From a virus (Duplodnaviria > Caudoviricetes): a stretch of DNA of 64,000 nt. The stretch spans positions 252-64,251 of IMG/VR virus record IMGVR_UViG_3300036770_001877; one strand, given 5' to 3'. This document shows, one piece after another, positions 49,349-58,315 of this stretch (position 1 is the stretch's first letter; each line of letters begins with the position of its first letter). The notes under the pieces were generated by a model. That model saw only the letters and a program-made list of their open reading frames with translations. It was not told where the DNA came from and searched no databases. A program made the translations under genes and the position numbers.

Positions 49349-49549
49349 ATGGGAAAGCTTGTAACATCACAGTTTTCAGATGACCCATGGAGTGATGATT
49401 ACAGAAGCAAAGCAACTCCAGCCAAGGCTGACAAGCCTGCAAAGCAACCTGCAAGGTTTAAAGATGCTGGCGGAGGAACTCCAAGCTGGTTATCACAAAA
49501 GCCTAAAGGTACTTATGATTCCCACAAATACAGAAATGATTTAGATTAA
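49349..49549 (+). CDS. Hypothetical protein
   Basis: Tight operon packing. Confidence 0.55.
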   Translation: MGKLVTSQFSDDPWSDDYRSKATPAKADKPAKQPARFKDAGGGTPSWLSQKPKGTYDSHKYRNDLD

Positions 49550-49866
49550 TGCCTAAACCAAAGAGAACAAGCAACACGAAGTCCGGCGCGTACATTGCCG
49601 CTAAAGCTCCGTTTCAAGGAAGCAACTTACGCGGAGGTAGCGCAGAGCTAGGTCTTGGCCGTCTTCCTCAGGAACACGCGGAAACGTTCAAAGCGCATAA
49701 TCCTGATTATGTTGTGAGTTCTTACAGCACTCCAATTGCTTGGCATTCAGAAGAGCACGGATGGCACATGCCAGAGACAAAGTACAGCTCAACTACTTCA
49801 CGTCATCAAAGCTTAGTACGTAGGTCTGTTCACTTCAACGACGGCATAGACAAAGCGAGGCAGTAA
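49549..49866 (+). CDS. Conserved phage protein (SY.TPIA...YS.TT.RHQ family)
   Basis: 'YVVSSYSTPIAW', 'YSSTTSRHQ'. Confidence 0.75.
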   Translation: MPKPKRTSNTKSGAYIAAKAPFQGSNLRGGSAELGLGRLPQEHAETFKAHNPDYVVSSYSTPIAWHSEEHGWHMPETKYSSTTSRHQSLVRRSVHFNDGIDKARQ

Positions 49867-49867
49867 C

Positions 49868-50434
49868 ATGGCAGTATCAAAGGGCCAACAGTTTCGTAAG
49901 ATTCAGCTAGCTCCTCAATCTGAGGAAGAGGTTCGCAGCGTTGTAGCCAAAGGTAACCGCAAAGCCAATGCTCGTCGTTCCAGCGAAGAGAGTGAGTTAG
50001 AGAAACATCTTGGACGACTTTCCAGAGAAGAAAAGGCTAGTTCGAGGAAGTCCCATCAAGCTTTAGATACACGAGCACCTCAAGCCGCTGACTACAAGTT
50101 TATGCCTAATTTGTCAGACCGAGAGCACGCTGCAATACAGCGAGCACAGAACATGTTTGAAACATCTACTGGCGCTGAAAGAGAAAAGCACAGGACTTCT
50201 ATTGGTAGAGCTATCCAAAAGGGCGTTGTAGACGCGACTAAAGTACGACAGCTTGCCTGCCAGACTCCAGGATGCGGTCAATCAGTATCAATGCAGTCAT
50301 CAAAGGGCGATGTTGTTTGCCCAGGCTGTTCTTCAAAAGGTGACACTGCTGGAGCAACTTACAAGGAACGCCCAAAGACTGTTATGTCTGGTGACCGTTC
50401 CGATGTCGGAACAAAACGTTCTAAAAGCGCGTAA
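49868..50434 (+). CDS. Basic protein with C-terminal zinc ribbon
   Basis: CQTPGC...CPGC. Confidence 0.65.
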   Translation: MAVSKGQQFRKIQLAPQSEEEVRSVVAKGNRKANARRSSEESELEKHLGRLSREEKASSRKSHQALDTRAPQAADYKFMPNLSDREHAAIQRAQNMFETSTGAEREKHRTSIGRAIQKGVVDATKVRQLACQTPGCGQSVSMQSSKGDVVCPGCSSKGDTAGATYKERPKTVMSGDRSDVGTKRSKSA

Positions 50435-50472
50435 CATCTGCTAGGCTGAGCGCCTACAGAACGGAGCACTAT

Positions 50473-51000
50473 ATGGTCTTAGATTTGTCCAGCCTGCAAG
50501 AAGGTCCCGCAGAGCAAGAGCCATACTTCAGACTATTGGTATGTCGAACCTGTAAAACCATTGATGAGCTCCCCCCAGCTGAAGAAGACCCTAACAATGT
50601 TTTGTTACAGATAACGGTCGAGCGCCACGGAGAAAACCATATAGGTTTGTTGTACAACGTACCGGCTTTGATATGGATGTCGGAAAAGATGCGTCCAGCA
50701 ATCGTCGAGCAGATTCAACAAGGTTCGACAGGTTTGGATGCTTTTGGCACCCAGTTCTACCAGACACGCATGCAGTTTGGCGAGGACGCCATGGCTTGTT
50801 ATGCCCAGCACAATAAGCCGAAAGGTCAGTGCCCTGACTACAAGTCGGAAAAGAAAGTTTTGAAACCTGGAACAGAAAAAGAAAGAAAAGCAGAAGGGTT
50901 GGGAGCACCAACTGGCCCTAAAGTTTATTTATGCGACTTCTGCCCAGTTAAGTCTTACAACATGAAGCGAGCAAACGAGACGAAAGGACTGTATACATGA
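50473..51000 (+). CDS. Cys-rich hypothetical protein
   Basis: CRTC, C...H...C, CDFC; SD GGAG. Confidence 0.7.
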   Translation: MVLDLSSLQEGPAEQEPYFRLLVCRTCKTIDELPPAEEDPNNVLLQITVERHGENHIGLLYNVPALIWMSEKMRPAIVEQIQQGSTGLDAFGTQFYQTRMQFGEDAMACYAQHNKPKGQCPDYKSEKKVLKPGTEKERKAEGLGAPTGPKVYLCDFCPVKSYNMKRANETKGLYT

Positions 51001-51263
51001 TGGCTGAAGGTGGCTACGCACCTGAAGAAGCTGCAGCTGCAGTAGAAGCAGGAGAGGTAGAAGTTTCAGGGTTGACGGCTTTTATATTATTAAAAAAGCC
51101 AGACGGCAATTGGAAAGTTGTTACAGATTTAACACAACCATTTGCGGTGTCTGGAGCATCCACTATGGGGGACATAAAGCAAGGCTGTCGTGAGATTTTA
51201 GACGCTATCAAGCTCCAAGAGGTCTCCTGGGCCGTTTCCGAAAGGTTGAAGGCCAAAGAATAG
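50997..51263 (+). CDS. Hypothetical protein
   Basis: ATGA-coupled ORF. Confidence 0.6.
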   Translation: MMAEGGYAPEEAAAAVEAGEVEVSGLTAFILLKKPDGNWKVVTDLTQPFAVSGASTMGDIKQGCREILDAIKLQEVSWAVSERLKAKE

Positions 51264-51314
51264 CCAGCAGGCCCCCCTGCGATACAGGTAAACTGTAATG
51301 ACAGGAGGCCACCC

Positions 51315-51542
51315 ATGTTCGTTGAGTTAGTCTGCACCTGCGGTGCATCAATGCAGTTCGAACAATCAAATAACGAAGACGCACTTTGGCTATTAACAAA
51401 CAGATTTGTTGAATCACACACTTCATGCGGGTTTGTGAATAAACTGCAATCTGATAGCCCAGATAAAACTGAACGATATGATTTAAAATTTAAGAGACGA
51501 CCCCGTTTAGATGCGGGATACGAAGAGGACGAGGACGACTAA
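51315..51542 (+). CDS. Small metal-binding protein
   Basis: SD AGGAGG; CTCG...H..C; acidic tail. Confidence 0.65.
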   Translation: MFVELVCTCGASMQFEQSNNEDALWLLTNRFVESHTSCGFVNKLQSDSPDKTERYDLKFKRRPRLDAGYEEDEDD

Positions 51543-51543
51543 T

Positions 51544-52440
51544 ATGCTAGAGACGGCGGAGACCTCCTACTTCAGCGAGCCCGCCGCAGGTCTAGACCCC
51601 CGTCTGTTCCGCAACGGTAAGCTGATACCTAATGTTCGAAACACTATTTTAGAAGTCCTAATTAATTATATTAATTCCCGGTTTGCTGGTTCAAGTGGTT
51701 GGATGACAGCTTGGCTAGCCGGTTCAGGTGTTTCGTTTAATTGGGCCGCTCACAGGGAGCCCGCTGACCTAGACTGCCTTGTCGGCGTGGACTTCGCCAG
51801 ATTTCGTGAAGCAAACCTGTCGTATTCGGGTTTGAGCAACAAAGAGATAGCCCAAATGTTTAATGAAGGGTTTAACGCTGACCTTCACCCAAAGACCAAA
51901 ACATTCATGGATGCGTTTGAGCTGACCTTTTATGTGAACCAACGAGCCAACATTGTAGAGCTAAAGCCTTACGCAGCATATTCCCTGATGTCCGATGACT
52001 GGACGGTTTTCCCTACAGCAGAGCGTATTGAAGAGAACCCTGTTTGGGAACAGAAAGTGTTAAAAGATAAATCCACAGCTGTGGATATTTTAGGACGTTA
52101 CGCAACTGCCATGTCTAAGTTGGAGACCGCTTCCTCTGACCCAGTTCGAGTAAATGCACGAAACGAGTTAAGGTTAGCCATGACCCAAGCCACTGCACTA
52201 TACGAAGATATCCATTCTGGAAGAAAAGTAGCGTTTGGTGAATCTGGTGAAGGTTATAAAGATTTTAGTAATTATCGTTGGCAAGCCGGAAAAAGAACAG
52301 GTGTAGTTCAAGCATTGAAGCGTTTGAAAGAATCGCAAGAACAAGAAGCAAAAGTTTTTGCGGAGAAAACATACGGAGCTGAGTTACCTTCTGCTAATGT
52401 TCTGATACGTAGGGCGGCGTCTCAACGAGCCCAGCAGTAA
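51544..52440 (+). CDS. Pol-beta-superfamily nucleotidyltransferase
   Basis: 'LAGS.VS..W......DLD.LV' (GS...DxD) plus 'ELTFYV'. Confidence 0.75.
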   Translation: MLETAETSYFSEPAAGLDPRLFRNGKLIPNVRNTILEVLINYINSRFAGSSGWMTAWLAGSGVSFNWAAHREPADLDCLVGVDFARFREANLSYSGLSNKEIAQMFNEGFNADLHPKTKTFMDAFELTFYVNQRANIVELKPYAAYSLMSDDWTVFPTAERIEENPVWEQKVLKDKSTAVDILGRYATAMSKLETASSDPVRVNARNELRLAMTQATALYEDIHSGRKVAFGESGEGYKDFSNYRWQAGKRTGVVQALKRLKESQEQEAKVFAEKTYGAELPSANVLIRRAASQRAQQ

Positions 52441-52465
52441 CGACAACAGATACGGAGCATAACTT

Positions 52466-52921
52466 GTGTCAATCATAGTGTTTGCGGACGGCGTAATCCG
52501 CACTGATACAAGAGTTCCAATCTTTGAAGGTATATCTGTTTATCATGCTTTAAATGCAGACGCTAAAGTTACGTTAGCTTTTGATGATGAAGAAGAAGCA
52601 GAGCGTTGGTGCAGAGAACACAAATTTTTAGAAGTTGATGACATATTAAGTAACGACAAATTTAAATTTGAACAAGATAAAAACTTTGCAAAGGTGAAGC
52701 ACCTACAGTCTCAAGGTCCTGTATTTCTTGTAGTCACCGCTGATTTAGATTTAGCTAAAAAATGTATTGAGCACGGAGTTAGAGTATTCCTGTTCTTACA
52801 CCCAAAGTACATAAGTCATAAGTTCAGACCCGATAGTCGTGAGGGAATCCGGTCTTGGGCAGCAATACAGGAGGAGCTCGACCGCCAGATAGAGTTGCGT
52901 TCCGAGGATAAGCGGGCATGA
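52466..52921 (+). CDS. HAD-superfamily phosphatase-like protein (degenerate)
   Basis: N-terminal 'IVFADGVI'; C-terminal 'R.W..I' as in 5'(3')-nucleotidases. Confidence 0.55.
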   Translation: MSIIVFADGVIRTDTRVPIFEGISVYHALNADAKVTLAFDDEEEAERWCREHKFLEVDDILSNDKFKFEQDKNFAKVKHLQSQGPVFLVVTADLDLAKKCIEHGVRVFLFLHPKYISHKFRPDSREGIRSWAAIQEELDRQIELRSEDKRA

Positions 52922-54381
52922 ATATTATTTTTTTAGGGGCCGAAGTCCCCAGCAATCGAACCATCCTTACAGCTGCAGGTGCTAGCTGCGTGGGAGTTAG
53001 CTTTTGGGGCCTCCAGAAGCGCGGAATGCCTAAAACTAAAAAATACGAGCTAAAAAATTATTTTCTTGACGACGTCAGCGTGTATTTAATTCCAGGTTTA
53101 CCCTCAAAGCAAACCTTCAGTAAGACTGAGCTAGACGACTTCGCCGCCGACTACGAGCAGTTCGTGGCGGAGAACCTAGACCGCCTTTCAGGATTCATGG
53201 AGATAGACCACCCAGACATAGCCAAGCCTTTCATAGAGGAACAGCGCATAACCAGTTGGGCTGATGTTCCAGAGGATAAGTTCTGGCCGGTATACCAGCT
53301 CGGAGAGGACCTAGAGTCCCTGTCAGTTCGGTATTTAAATGTGGCTATCCCAGGGCAATTAATAGAAAATGAGACCAAATTAATTACGGTAATGCGCCGT
53401 GCCCACCAGCAACATGGCACCACCTTCCACGCCATTGCAGCTGCAAAGCCGGACAACCTACGGCAGATGCCAGTTGAGACTGCCAGCACCCTATCGTGGC
53501 TATCGCCGATGATGCGGGGCGAAACGATAGTTTGGGACGGGTCGAAGTTAGTTCGCTATCCGAAACGGATGAAGGAACAAGCACGACCGCGTTACAAGAG
53601 CATATACGAGCGGGCTGGGCTAGACTTCGACAAGATTCTAGCCGACGATGCCGTTGAGATTTCAAAGCTTGCGATATGGTCATACCTCCAGTATCAAGAC
53701 TGGCACAACAAAACAGGACAGGACATAGTAACTATGAGTGAGTGGAGGGAAGTGGAGGAAAGTGGGGAAACTACCCCCAATGAAGTTACCATGAGGGGGG
53801 TCCCAATGCGGAAACTTGAACCCCGAAAACCAGAGGAAATGGGCGTACTTCCAGTCCTAAATGTTGAGATTTCAACCACGATTGAACCCGATGAAACAGG
53901 CAACCAAGTTATCAAAGAGGTGCCAGTACTTAGGTCAAGTGGAACCAGTTTACGGATGTGTGACACCTGCTTCGTGTCAGCTAATTGCCCCGCCTTTAAA
54001 CCACAGAGTACCTGCGCTTTCAACCTTCCAGTAGAGGTAAAGACCAGAGAACAGTTGAAAGCACTAATCAATGCTTTACTTGAAATGCAGGGTCAAAGAG
54101 TGGCTTTCGCTAAGTTTAGCGAGGATTTGAACGGCGGTTATCCCGACCCAAACGTCGGGCAAGAGTTGGATAGATTTTTCAAAATGCTTAAAACCATCAA
54201 GGAATTGGATGACTCGCGGGAGTTCATTCGCATGACAGTTGAGCGTCAAGGAGCGGGCGGTGTACTATCCGCTATCTTCGGAGACAGGGCTCAGGCACTT
54301 AAAGAATTGCCCAATGAAGGGCTCAATGAGCACAAGACTAACGAGGTAATTAAGAAGATAACGGATGAAGAGAAGGAGTAG
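52918..54381 (+). CDS. TGT/DpdA-like TIM-barrel protein fused to a Cys4 domain
   Basis: 'E.D', 'FWPVY', 'FHAI', 'TASTLSWL...G' pattern of TGT-like phage proteins; C-terminal CDTC...C...C. Confidence 0.5.
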   Translation: MNIIFLGAEVPSNRTILTAAGASCVGVSFWGLQKRGMPKTKKYELKNYFLDDVSVYLIPGLPSKQTFSKTELDDFAADYEQFVAENLDRLSGFMEIDHPDIAKPFIEEQRITSWADVPEDKFWPVYQLGEDLESLSVRYLNVAIPGQLIENETKLITVMRRAHQQHGTTFHAIAAAKPDNLRQMPVETASTLSWLSPMMRGETIVWDGSKLVRYPKRMKEQARPRYKSIYERAGLDFDKILADDAVEISKLAIWSYLQYQDWHNKTGQDIVTMSEWREVEESGETTPNEVTMRGVPMRKLEPRKPEEMGVLPVLNVEISTTIEPDETGNQVIKEVPVLRSSGTSLRMCDTCFVSANCPAFKPQSTCAFNLPVEVKTREQLKALINALLEMQGQRVAFAKFSEDLNGGYPDPNVGQELDRFFKMLKTIKELDDSREFIRMTVERQGAGGVLSAIFGDRAQALKELPNEGLNEHKTNEVIKKITDEEKE

Positions 54382-54721
54382 TACATAGTAACTATGAGCA
54401 CCGAAAACGATATGGAACAGGGTAGTCCTGAGACGATACTACAAGAAGCACAAAGATTAGTTACTTCAGATAGGAATGAGGCGTATGACCATCCCTATGA
54501 TAACTTCACTCGCATAGCCCAGATATGGTCTGCGATTCTAGGAATTAAGGTTTCGTACCGACAAGTAGCCTTGTGTATGGATGGGGTCAAGTTAGCCCGA
54601 GAAGCGTACAAGTCAAAGCGGGATAACCGTATTGACGGCGCGGGATATTGGCTAGCCCTTGACATGGCGATTCAGGAAGAGGAACGTCGCAAGGGCTTAT
54701 AGCAAGACAAGACATAGTAAC
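53723..54721 (+). promoter_or_regulatory. Repeated near-palindromic site ACATAGTAACTATGAG (53723, 54383; partial copy at 54712)
   Basis: 16-bp exact duplicate; core CATAGT-A-ACTATG is an inverted repeat. Confidence 0.6.
54394..54702 (+). CDS. DUF6378-like protein (putative dNTP pyrophosphohydrolase-type helical fold)
   Basis: 'IL.EA..LV..DR...Y..P..NF.RIA..WS','VA.CM..VK.AR','D..ID.AGY'. Confidence 0.8.
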   Translation: MSTENDMEQGSPETILQEAQRLVTSDRNEAYDHPYDNFTRIAQIWSAILGIKVSYRQVALCMDGVKLAREAYKSKRDNRIDGAGYWLALDMAIQEEERRKGL

Positions 54722-54779
54722 AACCTTCTTCCTCAAAATATATAAACTGTAAGACCCCATACCATTACAAGGAGAGAAC

Positions 54780-56816
54780 ATGGCTATTTCGTTTAATTTA
54801 TCTTCAGATTTCGTAGATTCATACAGAGGCAAGCAAGTGCCATGGGGATACAAGGATGCCGCGGGTAACGCCTTAGGTGAGATTACCTTCCTGCGTACCT
54901 ACTCCCGCCTAAAAGAGGATGGAACCAAAGAGACTTGGGTAGATGTCTGCGAGCGGGTAATCAACGGGATGTACTCCTTACAGAAAGACCATTGTAAGTC
55001 GAACCGATTGCCGTGGAACGATAGCAAGGCACAGGCATCAGCGAAGGAAGCCTTCGACCGCATGTTCAACTTGAAGTGGACACCGCCGGGGCGAGGTCTA
55101 TGGGTGATGGGCACACCGTTGGTGAACGAACAGAAGAATAGTGCCGCCCTACAAAACTGCGCCTTTGTGTCCACCAACTCGATGACCAAAGCAGACCCGT
55201 CTAAACCATTTGCCTTCCTCATGGAAGCGTCCATGCTTGGAGTGGGTGTTGGCTTCGATGACAAGGGAGCCGATAAGGAGTTCATGGTCTATGAGCCTAG
55301 TGGCGCACCAGCGTTGATTGTGATTGCAGACACCAGAGAGGGATGGGTCGAGTCCACCGCTATATTGATAAATTCGTATTTAAAGCCCGACCAACCAGTA
55401 TATGAATTTGATTATTCGCTAATTAGAAAGGCTGGAGAGCCTATCCGTACATTTGGAGGCACAGCTGCCGGGCCAGAGCCGCTAATGAGACTACATGCTT
55501 CTATATCCAAAATATTTAAAAAGCGCGTTGGAAATATTTTAACTCGTACCGATATTGCAGATTTAGGCAATTTAATAGGAGTATGTGTTGTCTCCGGCAA
55601 CGTCCGCCGCAGTGCGGAGCTACTGCTCGGTAGGCTAGAGGATGACAACTTCCTGAACTTGAAGAACCCTTCTGTGTACCCCGAGCGCAACTCATACAAC
55701 CCTGACGAGCCTGGCTGGGCATGGATGTCAAACAATTCTGTCGAGGTATCGGTAGGCGATGACCTAACTAAAATCGTAGATGGAATCAGGTTAAATGGCG
55801 AGCCCGGCGTTGTGTGGATGGATGTTACCCGCAAGTATGGTCGCCTCATTGACCCACCTAACAACAAGGACTGGCGTGCTGTTGGATACAACCCCTGCGC
55901 CGAGCAATCCCTTGAATCGTTTGAGTGTTGTACGCTGGTCGAGACCTACTTGAATCGCCACGATAGCCTTGATGATTTCAAGCGAACTCTCAAGTTTGCC
56001 TATCTGTACGCAAAGACGGTTACTCTTCTTCCGACTCATTGGGAAGAAACGAACGCTATCATGCAAAGAAATAGAAGAATCGGAACTTCAATTTCTGGTA
56101 TTGCTAATTTCGCAGACCGAAAAGGCATCCCTGTCCTGAAGGAGTGGATGGACGCTGGCTACGCAGTAATCCAAAACTATGACAAAGGCTACTCCGAGTG
56201 GCTGGGAATCCGTGAATCAATAAAGATGACAACGGTGAAACCAAGCGGAACTGTGTCAATCCTTGCTGGTGAATCTCCTGGGGTTCATTGGACTCCTGGC
56301 GGTCAATACTTCCTTCGAGCCATTAGGTTTTCGAACGAGGACGCCATGCTTCCGTTGTTCAAAATGGCAAACTATACTGTCGAGCCTGCTAGTGAATCAC
56401 CCAAGACTACCTCAGTAGTTTTCTTTCCTGTTGAATCTGACTCAAAGCGTTCTGAGAAAGATGTAACCATATTTGAAAAAATGTCTCTTGCTTCTATGGC
56501 TCAACGGCATTGGTCTGACAACTCAGTTTCGGTTACTGTCTCGTTTAATCAGGAAAATGAAGGCGAGCATATTGGTACTGTGCTACACATGTTCGACGGG
56601 CAGCTGAAGACTGTCTCCTTCTTACCTATGGGAAATACTGTTTATCCTCAAATGCCTTATACTCAAATAAATAAAGAGGACTACGAGGAGTATAAATATA
56701 AATTGTTCCCAATAGATTTCTCTGGAATCTACGATGGTCTGGGCTCAGATGCTATCGGTGAAGCGTATTGTACAACTGACGCTTGCGAGATTAAATTGAT
56801 AAAGGATAATCAATGA
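54780..56816 (+). CDS. nrdJ: Class II (adenosylcobalamin-dependent) ribonucleotide reductase, monomeric RTPR type
   Basis: 'RTYSR', 'PPGRGLW', 'NC', 'GNVRRSA', NPCAEQ.L...CC.L.E, 'TTVKPSGT', C-terminal C..DAC. Confidence 0.95.
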   Translation: MAISFNLSSDFVDSYRGKQVPWGYKDAAGNALGEITFLRTYSRLKEDGTKETWVDVCERVINGMYSLQKDHCKSNRLPWNDSKAQASAKEAFDRMFNLKWTPPGRGLWVMGTPLVNEQKNSAALQNCAFVSTNSMTKADPSKPFAFLMEASMLGVGVGFDDKGADKEFMVYEPSGAPALIVIADTREGWVESTAILINSYLKPDQPVYEFDYSLIRKAGEPIRTFGGTAAGPEPLMRLHASISKIFKKRVGNILTRTDIADLGNLIGVCVVSGNVRRSAELLLGRLEDDNFLNLKNPSVYPERNSYNPDEPGWAWMSNNSVEVSVGDDLTKIVDGIRLNGEPGVVWMDVTRKYGRLIDPPNNKDWRAVGYNPCAEQSLESFECCTLVETYLNRHDSLDDFKRTLKFAYLYAKTVTLLPTHWEETNAIMQRNRRIGTSISGIANFADRKGIPVLKEWMDAGYAVIQNYDKGYSEWLGIRESIKMTTVKPSGTVSILAGESPGVHWTPGGQYFLRAIRFSNEDAMLPLFKMANYTVEPASESPKTTSVVFFPVESDSKRSEKDVTIFEKMSLASMAQRHWSDNSVSVTVSFNQENEGEHIGTVLHMFDGQLKTVSFLPMGNTVYPQMPYTQINKEDYEEYKYKLFPIDFSGIYDGLGSDAIGEAYCTTDACEIKLIKDNQ

Positions 56817-56980
56817 AGCGGATAATCAAGAACGCAGATGAACAAGACGCATATACTTTTGCTCGCAAGTTCTACTGCTACCTATCTAGACCGGGTATAG
56901 TAAAAAAGATTAAGCGTAGGACTCACAAGCGCGAGCGCAGAGAATCTAAACGCTGGATAACTGAACAACTAAATGATTAG
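56813..56980 (+). CDS. 55-aa basic phage protein (not in ORF track)
   Basis: ATGA overlap; MKRIIKNADEQDAYTFARKFYCYLSRPGIVKKIKRRTHKRERRESKRWITEQLND. Confidence 0.7.
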   Translation: MKRIIKNADEQDAYTFARKFYCYLSRPGIVKKIKRRTHKRERRESKRWITEQLND

Positions 56981-57028
56981 TTAGTCTGCCGTTGGCTTCT
57001 CTCTTGTAAGCATTAAACGGCAGGCTAA
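56981..57028. terminator. Inverted repeat at the convergence of the two transcription units
   Basis: TTAGTCTGCCGTT...AACGGCAGGCTAA. Confidence 0.6.
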
Positions 57029-57031
57029 ACG

Positions 57032-57130
57032 CTACTCATCTTCTTCGTCGTCAGTTTCTTCGTAAATGTCGTCGTCCTCTATGTTGGGCGTAGGTCTCTC
57101 CCATAGAGGTTCAGGGATTATGAAACTCAT
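57032..57130 (-). CDS. 32-aa very acidic peptide (not in ORF track)
   Basis: ATGA-coupled to 57127..57384; MSFIIPEPLWERPTPNIEDDDIYEETDDEEDE. Confidence 0.6.
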   Translation of the reverse strand: MSFIIPEPLWERPTPNIEDDDIYEETDDEEDE

Positions 57131-57384
57131 ACTCTTACTTCAGTATGGTTTCTCATGCTCAATGGCTTCCCTTCGGGATTAGCCGAGGTAACTTCCCAAG
57201 TTAGTCGAGAGCGACCAATTTGTTCAGCGCACCACTTCTTTGCTTTTGCGCTGGTTGTCCATGCCGAGCAATTAGCCTTTTGGCTTTTGCCTTCGCGGTC
57301 TTTGGCGTTGTATTCAGCGAGCCATGCGCCACCCTTCTCAGGGTTCTTTCCTACTGTGAAGTAGTAGTGTAGTTTGTCTGTCAT
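57127..57384 (-). CDS. Hypothetical protein
   Basis: Purine-rich leader; clean ORF. Confidence 0.65.
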   Translation of the reverse strand: MTDKLHYYFTVGKNPEKGGAWLAEYNAKDREGKSQKANCSAWTTSAKAKKWCAEQIGRSRLTWEVTSANPEGKPLSMRNHTEVRV

Positions 57385-57450
57385 GTGCCTGTATCTCTCT
57401 TTCTCGATTAGGTAAGGCGGATAAATACTACCACCATGCGAACATGCGTT

Positions 57451-57606
57451 CTATTTCTCGTCTAGTATTCGGTATTCAACTTCGTCTAATAAATTATTTT
57501 CTAACGAGTGCCTCTTGGCATACCACATCTCTGCTGTCATCTCCTGGAACCACTCAACGGGGTCAAGCTCATTGGGAGTGCTTATCTCCACCATTATAGT
57601 TTTCAT
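57451..57606 (-). CDS. 51-aa acidic protein (not in ORF track)
   Basis: MKTIMVEISTPNELDPVEWFQEMTAEMWYAKRHSLENNLLDEVEYRILDEK; AG-rich leader. Confidence 0.55.
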   Translation of the reverse strand: MKTIMVEISTPNELDPVEWFQEMTAEMWYAKRHSLENNLLDEVEYRILDEK

Positions 57607-57671
57607 ATATTTGTTTCTCTCTTTCTCTCTCTTTTACTGTATTAAATTGCTACTTCCTTACTACTCCTGCT

Positions 57672-58133
57672 TTATACCCCGGTGCGGTCCGGCGGCGGGC
57701 TATTTTTTGTGACCCAGAAATAGGGTAGGTCAGAGGGTATTCCACTAAAATAAACGGAGTAATAATTTATATCTTTTCTCAACAAGTTTGATTTATGGCT
57801 AGTGTGTAATCTCTCCTCTCCAAGCCAGATGGGTGCTCTCTTGCTACCGCTACATGACTCGGGAAAATACTTACCCATATCGGTTATCTTTTGGCGCAGG
57901 GTGTCTTTGTATCCTCTGCTAATCCACTCATCACATATCGCTTGACCATACTCGATAAGACTATCTTCATGCCCGCACCACATAAGCACCGCAGGGTGGT
58001 TGCGCCACCCTTTCGTCATGCCCGCGAGCACCCTGAGTATCTGATAAGCCTCAACCCTTTGTTTGCCTAGACGCTTGTTATCCAATACCTGAGCGCACTC
58101 GGAAAAGTTTGGGTAGGGCAGGAAAGTCTGAAT
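57672..58133 (-). CDS. Pyrimidine-dimer DNA glycosylase-like protein (MSMEG_6728 / DenV-related family)
   Basis: 'QTFLPY..F...A..LD.KRLGKQRVE..QI','GW.NHPA..MW','P.WLG....H.SH.SNLLRKD','LPY.W'; probable ATT start. Confidence 0.9.
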   Translation of the reverse strand: MQTFLPYPNFSECAQVLDNKRLGKQRVEAYQILRVLAGMTKGWRNHPAVLMWCGHEDSLIEYGQAICDEWISRGYKDTLRQKITDMGKYFPESCSGSKRAPIWLGEERLHTSHKSNLLRKDINYYSVYFSGIPSDLPYFWVTKNSPPPDRTGV

Positions 58134-58135
58134 AG

Positions 58136-58315
58136 TTAGACCTGACCTTCTACGCGGGTAGTCATACACCGAGCGCACTCGACTTGTGTTACTCCGTCGC
58201 TCATCAGGTATCGGGTGTCTGTAACTTCCCCGTGTTCATTGTAAGTATGTCTATTCCATATTGCTTCTAAGACATTGAACACTTCAACATTGTCACACTC
58301 TAGGCATTTCGGCAT
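58136..58315 (-). CDS. 59-aa zinc-ribbon protein (not in ORF track)
   Basis: SD GGGGAG; MPKCLEC...ECARC... Confidence 0.7.
   Translation of the reverse strand: MPKCLECDNVEVFNVLEAIWNRHTYNEHGEVTDTRYLMSDGVTQVECARCMTTRVEGQV

Noticed and set aside
648-56066. Numerous antisense and alternate-frame ORFs in the track overlapping the main + strand genes
   Set aside because: Shadows of real genes with biased codon usage; no independent signals
39917-56816. Inteins or group I introns in polA, recA or nrdJ
   Set aside because: The ORFs are continuous and of normal length, with no intein C/S...HN boundaries or homing-endonuclease motifs
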